A stretch of DNA of 64,000 bases from Candidatus Altiarchaeota archaeon (GCA_043800255.1 JAZDNF010000008.1:64001-128000), one strand, 5' to 3'. Positions 1 through 9,616 are shown, numbered from the stretch's first letter. Program-made: numbers and translations. Notes: generated by a model from the letters alone, not told the origin.

Positions 1-1
1 C

Positions 2-1576
2 CTCAAGCTGGGGATAAAATGCCACTATGGGAGGTGGCAGATGGACGGGAAGCCTAAGGCGATACTGGTAGACCACAGCGGCTACATGCATGAGGCTGAT
101 GATATTAAGGCCGGCTTGTGGGAGTACGCTCAGGTCGACTCGTTGAATGCTGACAACTGGTTCACTGACCCACTGGTGTGGTCTACTACAGTTGGGATGC
201 TGTTGGAGAGGATCGTCAAAAAGAGGAAATGCAAATGCAGGTGCATCGCCCACTTCCACGAGTGGCTTACTGGTGGGGCGCTGCTGAAGCTCAAACAGGA
301 CAAGTCGGAGATTTCAACGGTGTTCACGACGCATGCTACGGTATTGGGGCGGGCGCTGGCTGAAGCAGGGGAGCCGCTGTACAGTATAATAGGGAGGGGA
401 GAGGACGGCCAGAAGAACATCGACCTAGCAAAGTGGTATAATGTGCTCCCGAAGCATACGATGGAGGTCGCATGCGCAAAACACGCTGACGTTTTCACCA
501 CCGTGAGCGAGGTGACGGCGAAGGAGGCTGCGTATTTTTTAGACCGGACGCCTGACCATCTGCTGTTGAATGGCATAGACTTGTACAGGTACCCGCCATT
601 GGACGAGCTGGTCGTACAGAGGAGGTCCAAGAGGAGGCAGATGAGGGACTTTCTCACGTCATACTTCAGCAGATACTATCACATGGATTTCTACAACATC
701 AGGAGCATGTTCATCTCTGGGAGATATGAATTCAGGAACAAGGGGATAGACCTGTTCATAGACTCCCTCGGCATGCTCAACAGGAGGATGAAGAAGGAAA
801 AGACAGGGAAGAATGTCGTAGCATTCCTCTGGATTCCGTCCAACGTCAAAGGGGAGGACTTCCAAGTATTGAAGAACAAGTCCCTCTATGAGGAGATGAA
901 AGACCACATCGAGGAACTGTGGCCTGACATAGAGGACAGGATGACCCATGTGCTGACCGACGGCGACATGCCTAAGAGCGTCTTAGACGACGAGGACAAG
1001 CAGAAGCTGAGAAAGCTGGCTCAACATTTCGTCGAAAAGAGGGGTGAGACGCCGCCGCTGTGCGCCTTCGAGCTAGCCTATCCGAAGGAGCAGGACACTA
1101 TAATGCAGGCCCTCTGGAAGAACGAACTGTTGAACAGGGAGGAGGACAAGGTCAAAGTGATATACTACCCATCCTATCTGTCAACGACCGACAGGCTCAT
1201 ATCGTTGGACTATGGGGACGCAACGCTCACCTGTGATGTCGGAGTCTTCCCATCCTACTATGAGCCTTGGGGTTACACGCCGCTTGAGACCGCGGCGCAG
1301 GGGAGCCTGGCGATAACGACAGACTGCGCAGGCTTCGGCAAGTTCGTCGAAGGCAAGGGGAAGGGCATATACGTTCTGAAGAGGTGTAATAGAACGTGGG
1401 AGAACATGGTCAAAGACCTCTCGGAGAAGCTGTTCGAGATAGTCACTCTCTCGAGGGAGGAGATGGTGGAGAGGCGCGCTAACGCGCGGGAGCTGGCTGC
1501 ACTGGCAGACTGGAAGGAACTGGTTAAAGGATACTTCAAAGCATATGAGACGCTGGCAGGCCAAAAAGTCAGATGA
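2..1576 (+). CDS. Glycogen synthase, GT3 (eukaryote-like) family, 5'-truncated by the window edge
   Basis: The frame is open from base 2 (LKLGIKCHYGRWQMDGKP). GT3 motifs AHFHEWLTG, FTTHATVLGR, GRYEFRNKG and GVFPSYYEPWGYTP. Confidence 0.9.
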   Translation, partial: LKLGIKCHYGRWQMDGKPKAILVDHSGYMHEADDIKAGLWEYAQVDSLNADNWFTDPLVWSTTVGMLLERIVKKRKCKCRCIAHFHEWLTGGALLKLKQDKSEISTVFTTHATVLGRALAEAGEPLYSIIGRGEDGQKNIDLAKWYNVLPKHTMEVACAKHADVFTTVSEVTAKEAAYFLDRTPDHLLLNGIDLYRYPPLDELVVQRRSKRRQMRDFLTSYFSRYYHMDFYNIRSMFISGRYEFRNKGIDLFIDSLGMLNRRMKKEKTGKNVVAFLWIPSNVKGEDFQVLKNKSLYEEMKDHIEELWPDIEDRMTHVLTDGDMPKSVLDDEDKQKLRKLAQHFVEKRGETPPLCAFELAYPKEQDTIMQALWKNELLNREEDKVKVIYYPSYLSTTDRLISLDYGDATLTCDVGVFPSYYEPWGYTPLETAAQGSLAITTDCAGFGKFVEGKGKGIYVLKRCNRTWENMVKDLSEKLFEIVTLSREEMVERRANARELAALADWKELVKGYFKAYETLAGQKVR

Positions 1577-1577
1577 A

Positions 1578-3434
1578 CTATTTCTCATATGGAGGGCGCC
1601 TGCCAAGGGCATCCTCCAGGTAGGCTCTCAACGGCTCAGCAACACTCCACGCCTGCGATATGCAGCCTCTCGGAAGGTGAGGCGCATCCCCGTCGAATAT
1701 CTCATTGATCGAGCCTAAGGCTCCAACCGATAGGGCACGGTCGAAGAAATCCTCTAAGAGTTTCCGGGCCCTCCTGGAAGCGGCTTTTCCGCCGTACCTG
1801 ACGGATGCTCTCACATAGGGCCCGAGAAGCCAGGGCCAGACTGTCCCATTATGGTATGCCTCTTCCCTCTGCCGGACGCCTCCAGAGTATGAGCCACAAT
1901 AGCTGGAATCATCAGAGGATAGCGTCCTCAACCCGAAAGGAGTCAGGAGTCGTTTCTCAACAGCGGAGAGTATGGATTTAGCTCTCGACTTGTCAACGCA
2001 GGTGTAATCGAGGGACAATGCCATCAGCTGGTTAGGCCTGAACGAGTCAACGCCGATGCAGTCCATAAGATGACTGCCATTCCAGTACTCTCTCAGAAAA
2101 GTTGACTCGAAATCTCCTATAATCTCTGCAGTTGGGAGGGTATTGTCAAGTTGGGCCAGAGTCGAGAATTTCTCAAACGCTTTGAGCGCATTATACCAGA
2201 GAGCCTGGACTTCGACAGCATCATCCCGTCTGAGAGTGTCCATCCAGGTTCCACTGTCATGCATTATGAGGCCGTTTTCGGATATGCTGCTGTAGTATTG
2301 CATGAGGTCAGACAGCCGAGCCCAGTGTTTCCTCAATAGTTCCCTCCCCATATCAGGGCCTGCGTATTTTATGTACTGCATGATGCTGTCAAAAAGCCAC
2401 AAGCTTGAATCATAGTCCCTGTAGACGGGAGTTCCGGACTCGGATTCGGTCATAATCCTGCCGTCATGAACTCTGCCGAGAAAATGCTCTAATATGAGCC
2501 TGGCATCATCTATCCTGCCCCTCACGAGCGTCAGACCAGGCAAGCTTATCATCGCATCCCTTCCCCACTCCCCAAACCAGTGGTAGCCTGCGACCACCGT
2601 CATCCTGCTGCCAGCATCTATGACAAAAGAGTCGGCAGCGGAGCCGAGAACGTCTAACACACTCTCCTTGGTTCTCTTCCCAGGCTGGCCGTATGCCAGC
2701 TTACTCTCCAGACCATCCAAGCCAACAGCAATGACATAGGAGCATGTACTGTCCGGGCTGACATCAGCAGAGTAAGTGAAAGGTATGAGAGACTCGTCGA
2801 CTGCAGGATAGCCTCTCCCCGCCTCCTGCCGGTAGTAGATGTTCCTCATCCAAAGGTTGAGGGAGTTGAAGTCACCCTCAGACGCCCGGAACATGAGCTT
2901 ATGCCCTCCAACCGAGACTGATGCGTTCATCCCATCAGCATTCACTTCAAAATTTTTCTCGCCCTCACGCAAAAGCTCATGGATGCTGCGGAAGCTGATG
3001 TGGGGGGAGACGACATGCCTTATGCGCTCCCCAGACCTGTTACTTAGAGCGTAAGAGACCATGATCTCGTTCTTTCCTGAAGCGATTTTTACCCTCTTAT
3101 CCAGCCTGAAGCCGTCACCCTCATACGTGAAGATGACGTAATCCCTGCCTTTCTCGAATCCGACGAGCTTTTCAAGGCCGGGAGAGACAATACTGCCGCC
3201 GAATTCGACGCAATGGAGTTCGACTCTCTGTGAGCCGACGTATAATGCATCCTCCATCTTCTGCAGGCACACCATCCTCCTCAAGTTCTCAAGCGACGAG
3301 ACCAGCAGCCCATGATACTTCCGCGTGTTCAGCTCCATAACGGTCGAAGAAGAGTAGCCGCCTATGCCGTTGGAAAGAAGCCACTCCAGCTCGGAAGCCG
3401 CTGGAAAACCAAGAGCATTGGGTTTGACCCGCAT
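1578..3434 (-). CDS. Glycogen debranching enzyme / amylo-alpha-1,6-glucosidase (GH133)
   Basis: EWLLSNGIGGYSS, AGYHWFGEWGRD, TWMD, YHNGTVWPWL and CISQAWS motifs. Start codon uncertain (3434-3452). Confidence 0.9.
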   Translation of the reverse strand: MRVKPNALGFPAASELEWLLSNGIGGYSSSTVMELNTRKYHGLLVSSLENLRRMVCLQKMEDALYVGSQRVELHCVEFGGSIVSPGLEKLVGFEKGRDYVIFTYEGDGFRLDKRVKIASGKNEIMVSYALSNRSGERIRHVVSPHISFRSIHELLREGEKNFEVNADGMNASVSVGGHKLMFRASEGDFNSLNLWMRNIYYRQEAGRGYPAVDESLIPFTYSADVSPDSTCSYVIAVGLDGLESKLAYGQPGKRTKESVLDVLGSAADSFVIDAGSRMTVVAGYHWFGEWGRDAMISLPGLTLVRGRIDDARLILEHFLGRVHDGRIMTESESGTPVYRDYDSSLWLFDSIMQYIKYAGPDMGRELLRKHWARLSDLMQYYSSISENGLIMHDSGTWMDTLRRDDAVEVQALWYNALKAFEKFSTLAQLDNTLPTAEIIGDFESTFLREYWNGSHLMDCIGVDSFRPNQLMALSLDYTCVDKSRAKSILSAVEKRLLTPFGLRTLSSDDSSYCGSYSGGVRQREEAYHNGTVWPWLLGPYVRASVRYGGKAASRRARKLLEDFFDRALSVGALGSINEIFDGDAPHLPRGCISQAWSVAEPLRAYLEDALGRRPPYEK

Positions 3435-3508
3435 TCCACAGTCCACGGACAAATATTAAACTTTTATACCTATAATGACATAATAGGAAAATAGACCGGC
3501 CTGACAAG

Positions 3509-4657
3509 ATGATACCAAAGGACGATAAGACGCTGAAGCTCCTTCTGATCGGGCTCGCATCCGCTGCCATAGTACTGAGGAAAATGCCGCTGGCCGCTCT
3601 CTCGCTCGCCATGCTCGGCATACTGTTACTTTCAGAGCGGGCATCCCATCCCATCACAGTGAGAAAGGTGAAGTACAACAAAGACACCGGCAGATTCGAA
3701 GTCTTCGTCGAGAACAAGGGATCAAAGCCTCTGACCGTGAACTATGCGATACGCTCAGTCCAGCCGGAGTATGCTGAAAGCGTCGGCCTCACAGATGAGG
3801 ATGGAATCGAGTTCCTGAGAGGCAGCAGCGGAGGCTACAGGGAGAACTTCTCGCTGATTTCCGCGGAATTCCCAGGCAAGACTCTTGGAGCATGCCAGGC
3901 GGAGCTGATCGAAGCTGCTAGGATGGCACCAGAGGACGGCTGGGACCCAGCGCTCCAGAAGACCGTCCGAATCACGGCAGCATACACCGGAGAGGACATG
4001 GACGCTGTTAGGAAGCTTGAACTCACGGTCCCCGTCGAAGTGTCAGAGAACCACCCTTACCTGAGGAAGGTCGGGGCTGAGAGAGAGTTCGTACTATCGG
4101 ATGGATATGGTGTGGCAGGCAGGGCAGCATCATTGGAGGCCCTGGCAGACCACGTCAGAGGGAAGTCCAGCCATGTTTTGGCACACGTCAGGAACGAGGA
4201 CATACAGCGCTGGGTGATGAACGTCGTGGGCGACAGCGAACTGTCAGACAGGATTTCAAAGATTACCAGCCTGCCTGACGAGCAAATATTGGACACGCTC
4301 GAGGAAACCCTCAGGGAGAGGATTCTTGAACTGAGATACGGTCATCTCGTGGAGAAGCACCCGCTCCTGGCTGATGTTGAGCCATGGCATGCCTTTCACA
4401 TGAAATCAGACCACGAGAATATCATAGGAGTCTGCAGGAGCCTGTCCTCCCTTTTGGAGCTTATTAGAGCATCACCAGAAGAGTGCGTCGGATTCCACCT
4501 CAGAGGGGATAATGACTTCTCAAAGTGGGTGGCGAACACAGTAGGCGACCTGAAACTGTCCGATAGGATAGACGTAATAGACGCCTCAGACATGAGGTAT
4601 GCGAAGCTTAAGCTGATAAGCCTGCTAGAGGAGAGGATACGGGAGCTGGAAGGCTGA
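3509..4657 (+). CDS. Membrane-anchored protein with two tandem DUF5752-like domains
   Basis: Two N-terminal hydrophobic segments and an Ig-like region. Two repeats ending ...DIQRWVMNVVGDSELSDRI and ...NDFSKWVANTVGDLKLSDRI. Lies in the glycogen cluster. Confidence 0.65.
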   Translation: MIPKDDKTLKLLLIGLASAAIVLRKMPLAALSLAMLGILLLSERASHPITVRKVKYNKDTGRFEVFVENKGSKPLTVNYAIRSVQPEYAESVGLTDEDGIEFLRGSSGGYRENFSLISAEFPGKTLGACQAELIEAARMAPEDGWDPALQKTVRITAAYTGEDMDAVRKLELTVPVEVSENHPYLRKVGAEREFVLSDGYGVAGRAASLEALADHVRGKSSHVLAHVRNEDIQRWVMNVVGDSELSDRISKITSLPDEQILDTLEETLRERILELRYGHLVEKHPLLADVEPWHAFHMKSDHENIIGVCRSLSSLLELIRASPEECVGFHLRGDNDFSKWVANTVGDLKLSDRIDVIDASDMRYAKLKLISLLEERIRELEG

Positions 4658-4698
4658 CTTCTGATTTTTAAAAGCATTTGAACAAATAGGGTATTCCA

Positions 4699-5952
4699 AT
4701 GACTGCAGTCTGCTTTTACTTTCAGGTGCACCAGCCGTTCAGGACCACCTGGTTCTGGCCTGACAACGGCATAGACTATAAGGGAAAGCTGGAGGACCTG
4801 TACTTTGACACCAAACTCAATGAGTTCACCTTCAGGAAGGTCGCCGGCAAATGCTACCACAGGGCCAACGACATAATACTGTCGCAGATCGACAGGTTCA
4901 AGGGAGGTAAGAGAAAGTTCAAGGTCAGCTTCTCGCTGTCAGGCACGTTCCTCGACCAGTGCGAACGCTGGGATAAGGACCTGATGGAAAAATTCAGGCA
5001 GATGGCAGACTCCGGGTGCGTTGAATTCCTCGGCGAAACCTACTACCACTCGCTTGCAGGCTTGTACGAGGACAAGGAGGAGTTCACAGACCAGGTCGAA
5101 CAGCACAGGCAGGCGATGAAGGACCTCCTAGGCATGAAGCCGGAAGTCTTCAGGAACACGGAATTACTGTACCATGACGGCATCGGCGAAACGATAGAGA
5201 GGATGGGCTTCAAGGCCACCATGACCGAGGGGACGGAGCGCATACTTGAAGGCTGGAAGAGCCCCAACTACGTGTACAGGAGGAGGGGGGGAGACATCAG
5301 GATACTATTAAGGAACTATAAGCTGTCAGACGACGTCGGATACAGGTTCTCGTCCAAGTGGTGGGAGGAGTATCCGCTGACGGCTGACAAATATTCCGCA
5401 TGGCTCTCATCATCGCCGGGCGACACGATAAACATCTTCATGGACTATGAGACCTTCGGAGAGCACCAGTGGGAGGACACCGGCATATTCTGGTTTTTAG
5501 GGGCAATACCGCAGGAAGTACTCAAGTGGGAGAACCTCGAGTTCTCAACACCGTCTGAAGTTGTCAGAAAGCACGCCCCGAGAGGGGAGATAACAGTCCC
5601 CTACTATGAGACGGTCTCCTGGGCTGACATAGAACGCGACCCCAGCGCATGGTTGGGCAACCACATGCAACATCTGAACTTCAGCCAGATGAAGAGGCTC
5701 GGAAAGCTGGTCAAAGAGTCCGGCAACGAGGAGTTCATCAGAATATGGAAGTACCTGCAGACCGGCGACCACTTCTATTACATGTGCACCAAGTGGCTGG
5801 CAGACGGCGACGTGCACAAGTACTTCAGCCACCACGGCAACCCCTACGACGCAGGCATAAACTATCTGGCCATACTCTCAGACCTTAAGGAGAGGGTTCT
5901 GAGATATATGCTCGAAAACGGCGGAAAGGCTAAGCCGAGAAGAAAAAATTAG
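4699..5952 (+). CDS. GH57 alpha-amylase family protein
   Basis: FQVHQP, ETYYHSL, FRNTEL and FMDYETFGEH motifs. Confidence 0.92.
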   Translation: MTAVCFYFQVHQPFRTTWFWPDNGIDYKGKLEDLYFDTKLNEFTFRKVAGKCYHRANDIILSQIDRFKGGKRKFKVSFSLSGTFLDQCERWDKDLMEKFRQMADSGCVEFLGETYYHSLAGLYEDKEEFTDQVEQHRQAMKDLLGMKPEVFRNTELLYHDGIGETIERMGFKATMTEGTERILEGWKSPNYVYRRRGGDIRILLRNYKLSDDVGYRFSSKWWEEYPLTADKYSAWLSSSPGDTINIFMDYETFGEHQWEDTGIFWFLGAIPQEVLKWENLEFSTPSEVVRKHAPRGEITVPYYETVSWADIERDPSAWLGNHMQHLNFSQMKRLGKLVKESGNEEFIRIWKYLQTGDHFYYMCTKWLADGDVHKYFSHHGNPYDAGINYLAILSDLKERVLRYMLENGGKAKPRRKN

Positions 5953-7124
5953 GCGCTCATCCCATCATACAGGCTGACGTATTTTTTCGCGATATGAGAC
6001 CATGTGAAGTCCCGGACGCTTCTTTTCGCGTTATCGCCCATCCTCCTTATGCTCCCGCCGGTGGGGTCGCCCAGCAGGTATTTAATGCCCCATGCGATGC
6101 TCGACGGGTGCTGGTTTACTTTTATCCCGTTGTAGAAGTTCTTGACAATCTCCCTCGGGCCTCCGATGTCGGTCGCGACAACAGGCTTGGAGGAAGCCCA
6201 CGCCTCCAATGTTATGATCCCGAAGGGCTCGTTCCTGCTGGGTATGCACACCATATCGCATGATTTGAAGAGTTCGTGCTTCTCCTCCTCGCTGACATAT
6301 CCTAGGGTGTGCACTTTGCCGTCCACTCCCAGCCAGTGGGAGCGACCGTTTATGTGGTTTATCATGCTGTCTCCCCCTCCTGCGAAGACGAACTGGGCAT
6401 CATGTCTGAATGATAGAACATCGGGGACTGCCTCAAGCAGCAGGTCAGGGCCCTTCTGATGGCACATCCTCCCCATGAACAGCACGACAGGATCCAGAGG
6501 CCATATCCCATACCGTTCCTTCACCCTGCCGGGGTCGATTTTGCCCTCGAATTCGGACGCGTTTATGCCGTTGTAGTTGACTTCTATCTTATCCCCCGGT
6601 ATCTGGTATTCGCGCATGAGCTCGTCTTTCATAGAGTATGAGACTGTTGTGACAAGCTTGGACAGGTATCCGCCAAGCCACTCGCGGTGCCTCACCCTAC
6701 CAGAGAACCAGTTATCCTGGTAGCTGTTCCCGTTTCTCCCGAGTTCGGTTGAATGGCAGGTCCACACGAAATCATAGCCTTTGTGGTTTTTCAGGTTGGC
6801 GAGGGCGTTCACAACATGCCAGTCGTGGCCGTGGAGTACGTCGAATTTGCCGTATCCGCTTTCTACGTGATGGAAGCAGGATACCATGCTGTCGCACATG
6901 TGGTCCATGTATTCTATGAAGTCCTCGCAGCCTGGGCTCACGCACCTGTGCTCATAGTAATCGTTTATCATCTCATGCTCAGGCTGCCCGTGCCCCATCC
7001 TCGTGAACACGTGAACCTCATGCCCCTGTTTGGCTAGGGCCTGCGCTAGGTTGGATACCACCTCAGCCACACCCCCCACTGGGACAGAATGCTTAGTCTC
7101 CCAGGAGAAGAAGCCAATCCTCAC
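5949..7124 (-). CDS. GT4 glycosyltransferase (glycogen synthase-like)
   Basis: GGVAEVV, HGHDWH, GRMCHQKG and PSRNEPFGIITLEAW motifs. Confidence 0.88.
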   Translation of the reverse strand: MRIGFFSWETKHSVPVGGVAEVVSNLAQALAKQGHEVHVFTRMGHGQPEHEMINDYYEHRCVSPGCEDFIEYMDHMCDSMVSCFHHVESGYGKFDVLHGHDWHVVNALANLKNHKGYDFVWTCHSTELGRNGNSYQDNWFSGRVRHREWLGGYLSKLVTTVSYSMKDELMREYQIPGDKIEVNYNGINASEFEGKIDPGRVKERYGIWPLDPVVLFMGRMCHQKGPDLLLEAVPDVLSFRHDAQFVFAGGGDSMINHINGRSHWLGVDGKVHTLGYVSEEEKHELFKSCDMVCIPSRNEPFGIITLEAWASSKPVVATDIGGPREIVKNFYNGIKVNQHPSSIAWGIKYLLGDPTGGSIRRMGDNAKRSVRDFTWSHIAKKYVSLYDGMSA

Positions 7125-7136
7125 GTCATCACTTCC

Positions 7137-7340
7137 TTAGTTTGTCTTCCTAACGTATGTCTTCGCCTTGCTCCTGTTGATCTCTATCTTGCCTTCGCGG
7201 GCAAGCCATCCTAACGCCATGTAGAAGATGTCATCATTCTTCTTGATCTTCTTCTTCACAGCGCCCACTTCAACGGGAGTGTCTATGCCGCAAAAATAGA
7301 TTTCGCCAGCGGCAAAGCCGACATCAGGTTTTATGTCCAT
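7137..7340 (-). CDS. Small winged-helix protein (DUF2582-like)
   Basis: VGFAAGEIY and MALGWLAREGKI signature; directly upstream of the GT4 gene. Confidence 0.75.
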   Translation of the reverse strand: MDIKPDVGFAAGEIYFCGIDTPVEVGAVKKKIKKNDDIFYMALGWLAREGKIEINRSKAKTYVRKTN

Positions 7341-7490
7341 CTACCCAACCTCCTAGAGCATGCCAGAACACGCTGACAGTGCCAATAATTTATCAAACGG
7401 AGGGCTTAAAAACCCTTCGGAATCAGACCCTACCAGGATATTTATACAATCAAACCAATATGGTAAACTCAAAAAAAACCTCAAAAAAAA

Positions 7491-7615
7491 CCCGCCTTAG
7501 CGTAGCCTGGTTTAACGCGGCCGGCTGTAGTTTGGATCAAGAGGTAGAAGCCTCTCAAAGGCCGTAAAAAATAGCAGGCACCGGCAGACCCCCGGTTCAA
7601 ATCCGGGAGGCGGGA
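7491..7615 (+). tRNA. tRNA-Tyr(GTA) with a 49-nt intron (7531-7579) at 37/38
   Basis: Acceptor CCCGCCT/AGGCGGG, anticodon stem GCCGG/CCGGC, GTA at 7527-7529, T-loop TTCAAAT. BHB central helix CTGT/GCAG. Confidence 0.93.
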
Positions 7616-7638
7616 AAATTCTTCTTTTTGATGTATTG

Positions 7639-7657
7639 GCGGGGCTTTATGCCCCGC
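7639..7657 (+). terminator. T-rich tract followed by a hairpin (GCGGGGC-TTTAT-GCCCCGC) downstream of tRNA-Tyr
   Basis: Perfect 7-bp inverted repeat after TTCTTCTTTTT. Function not established and coordinates approximate. Confidence 0.35.
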
Positions 7658-7708
7658 GATTCGTTATGAGGTTATAGTGCTAACTGCCTTATGCAAGAAA
7701 CCCTATGG

Positions 7709-7912
7709 TTATGTGAGTCCTCCGTTGTTTCCGCCTAGCAGTTCTAGGTACTTGGCGGAGCATTCCACGAGTTTCTGCCTGAGTAGGGGTGCTGACTGCC
7801 AGAAGATAATGCTAACAGTCACCAATGACGCTCCGACTGGACTTAACACGTTCACAAAATCAGAAATAAAAAAGATATAGTCGTCTGCCTGCCTCCGAAG
7901 TGGGTTTTTCAT
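7709..7912 (-). CDS. Small hypothetical protein downstream of the AbrB-like gene
   Basis: 67-aa ORF whose start overlaps the AbrB-like stop; no recognisable motif. Confidence 0.3.
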   Translation of the reverse strand: MKNPLRRQADDYIFFISDFVNVLSPVGASLVTVSIIFWQSAPLLRQKLVECSAKYLELLGGNNGGLT

Positions 7913-8073
7913 TTTCTTTTTTTCCTGGATTCTCCGATTACTGTCAACTCGAGGTTACCTCTCTCGTTGAAATCCCAATCCAGCTCATCCCCCTTCGCAA
8001 GCCCGAGCCGCTTCACCTTCTCCTGCGGAATGCTCACGAAAAATCTTTTTTGGCTTTCCTGAAGCCGCACCAT
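7909..8073 (-). CDS. AbrB/MazE/SpoVT-type DNA-binding protein
   Basis: MVRLQ...FVSIPQEKVKRLGLAKGDELDW matches the swapped-hairpin pattern; ATG at 8073. Confidence 0.75.
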   Translation of the reverse strand: MVRLQESQKRFFVSIPQEKVKRLGLAKGDELDWDFNERGNLELTVIGESRKKRK

Positions 8074-8278
8074 CGTGCTAACATTATACAAAATATAATA
8101 AAAGATTAATGTTTTCGTATATAAAAGCTTACTTTGGCTCAATCAGACAGCCAGAGCGAGAGGCCGGAGACGTCAAAGCCCAACCCAATCGCATAAAACG
8201 AGGATTTAATGCGGTTCTTGCTTCCGAAGAGCTGACTTTTTACGTTTATAATGGTTACTACCAGATAGGTAAGTTCAC

Positions 8279-9358
8279 ATGGACACAAATGCAGCGGCAC
8301 CCATCGTCTTGAAAGCAGACGCGCCGAGGAGGGCGTTCTGCGTGGCCATGCAGAAGGACAACAAGCCAGTGAGAGTCGAGGGCGAATCCTCTGCCGATTT
8401 CACAACCCTTCTAGAGGAGTCTGATGTAGCGTGGGTCAACTTTGTCGTAGACGACATTAACGCCGATGGAGAGGCTATCGCAACCTCTCTAGGATTCAGC
8501 CAGAATCTGGTTTCCACCCTCCTGACAGGGTTCAGGTCCAACTATGAGGACAGGGACGTCGAGCTGGGGATTATGATACCCGCAGTCGACACCGAGAGAC
8601 TAGAGGTCACCATACACCCTCTGGTAATACTGATCAAAAGAGGCCTTATTCTGACAATCCACGGGAAGAACATAAGCCGGCTGGTTAAGTTCTCAAGATA
8701 CGCGAACACCTTCATGAAGAAGATAAAACAGAACATCCCCTGGCAGGACAAGATGACCATACTCCTGTGGAGGATCATGGACGAGAACAATTCCAAGAAT
8801 TTCGACCACCTCAGGGAAATCGAAGAGCAGGCTGATGAGTTGGCGAAGGACATGATGAACCCGATGACGCCGAGAGACAAGCTCGGTCCGGACATCTACA
8901 GGATGAAACATGCCCTCATAATATACCTCGACTCCCTCTGGGCGACGCTTGACGTAATCCACACCCTAAGATACGGCGACGCTGAAGTCCTGTCAGACAA
9001 CAGTAAGATACTTGAGAGGATATCAGTACTCGCGTCTGACGTTACCAGCCAGATATCAATAAGCGAGCACATGTCAGAGGTGCTGGCATCTGGCCTGGAA
9101 GTCTTACAAACCATATACAACAACCAGCTGCAGATGCTGAACAACAGGCTAGCCTTACTGGCAACATGGCTGGCAATCATCGGCACGGCAGTCCTAGTGC
9201 CCAACACCCTGGCAACGATATTCGGAATCCCAACAATATCAGAACACCTAGACTGGCGCCTCACAATACTGATACTAATCGCCTCAACGCTGCTGTCAGC
9301 TTGGATAGCATACTGGGCCATAAGAGCAAAAGGATTAATACCCAAAAGCGTGGAATAG
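8279..9358 (+). CDS. CorA-family divalent cation transporter
   Basis: Long soluble helical domain plus two C-terminal TM helices (PNTLATIFG in place of the GMN motif). Confidence 0.8.
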   Translation: MDTNAAAPIVLKADAPRRAFCVAMQKDNKPVRVEGESSADFTTLLEESDVAWVNFVVDDINADGEAIATSLGFSQNLVSTLLTGFRSNYEDRDVELGIMIPAVDTERLEVTIHPLVILIKRGLILTIHGKNISRLVKFSRYANTFMKKIKQNIPWQDKMTILLWRIMDENNSKNFDHLREIEEQADELAKDMMNPMTPRDKLGPDIYRMKHALIIYLDSLWATLDVIHTLRYGDAEVLSDNSKILERISVLASDVTSQISISEHMSEVLASGLEVLQTIYNNQLQMLNNRLALLATWLAIIGTAVLVPNTLATIFGIPTISEHLDWRLTILILIASTLLSAWIAYWAIRAKGLIPKSVE

Positions 9359-9425
9359 ATCCTTTCACCAGTAACCGCCCGCCAACCCCCATTTTTATTC
9401 CCCAAAGTTTAATATTAACCTTCGC

Positions 9426-9503
9426 TGCCCCGGTAGTGTCAGCAGCCTTTTAAGAAAAGGCTGGCGAAAAGAGGATAGAACACTAAAATTGCCCCGGTAG
9501 TGT
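9426..9503 (+). repeat. 14-bp direct repeat of the tRNA-Asp 5' end enclosing a palindromic element
   Basis: TGCCCCGGTAGTGT at 9426-9439 and 9490-9503. Between them, CAGCCTTTT-AAG-AAAAGGCTG-GCGAAAAG (9443-9471). Confidence 0.85.
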
Positions 9504-9616
9504 AGCGGACTATCATGTAAGCCTGTCGCAACCCTTTTCCGCCTACGGCGCAAAAGCGTTGACGGAAAAAAGATTGCAGTCAGCTTACGACTCGGGTTCG
9601 AATCCCGACCGGGGCG
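9491..9616 (+). tRNA. tRNA-Asp(GTC) with a 53-nt intron (9529-9581) at 37/38
   Basis: Acceptor GCCCCGG/CCGGGGC, anticodon stem TAAGC/GCTTA, GTC at 9525-9527, T-loop TTCGAAT. BHB helix CTGT/GCAG. Confidence 0.93.

Noticed and set aside
9426-9439. 5' tRNA fragments as pieces of split (trans-spliced) tRNAs
   Set aside because: A complete copy of each tRNA follows immediately, and I see no partner fragment or BHB-forming leader in the window.
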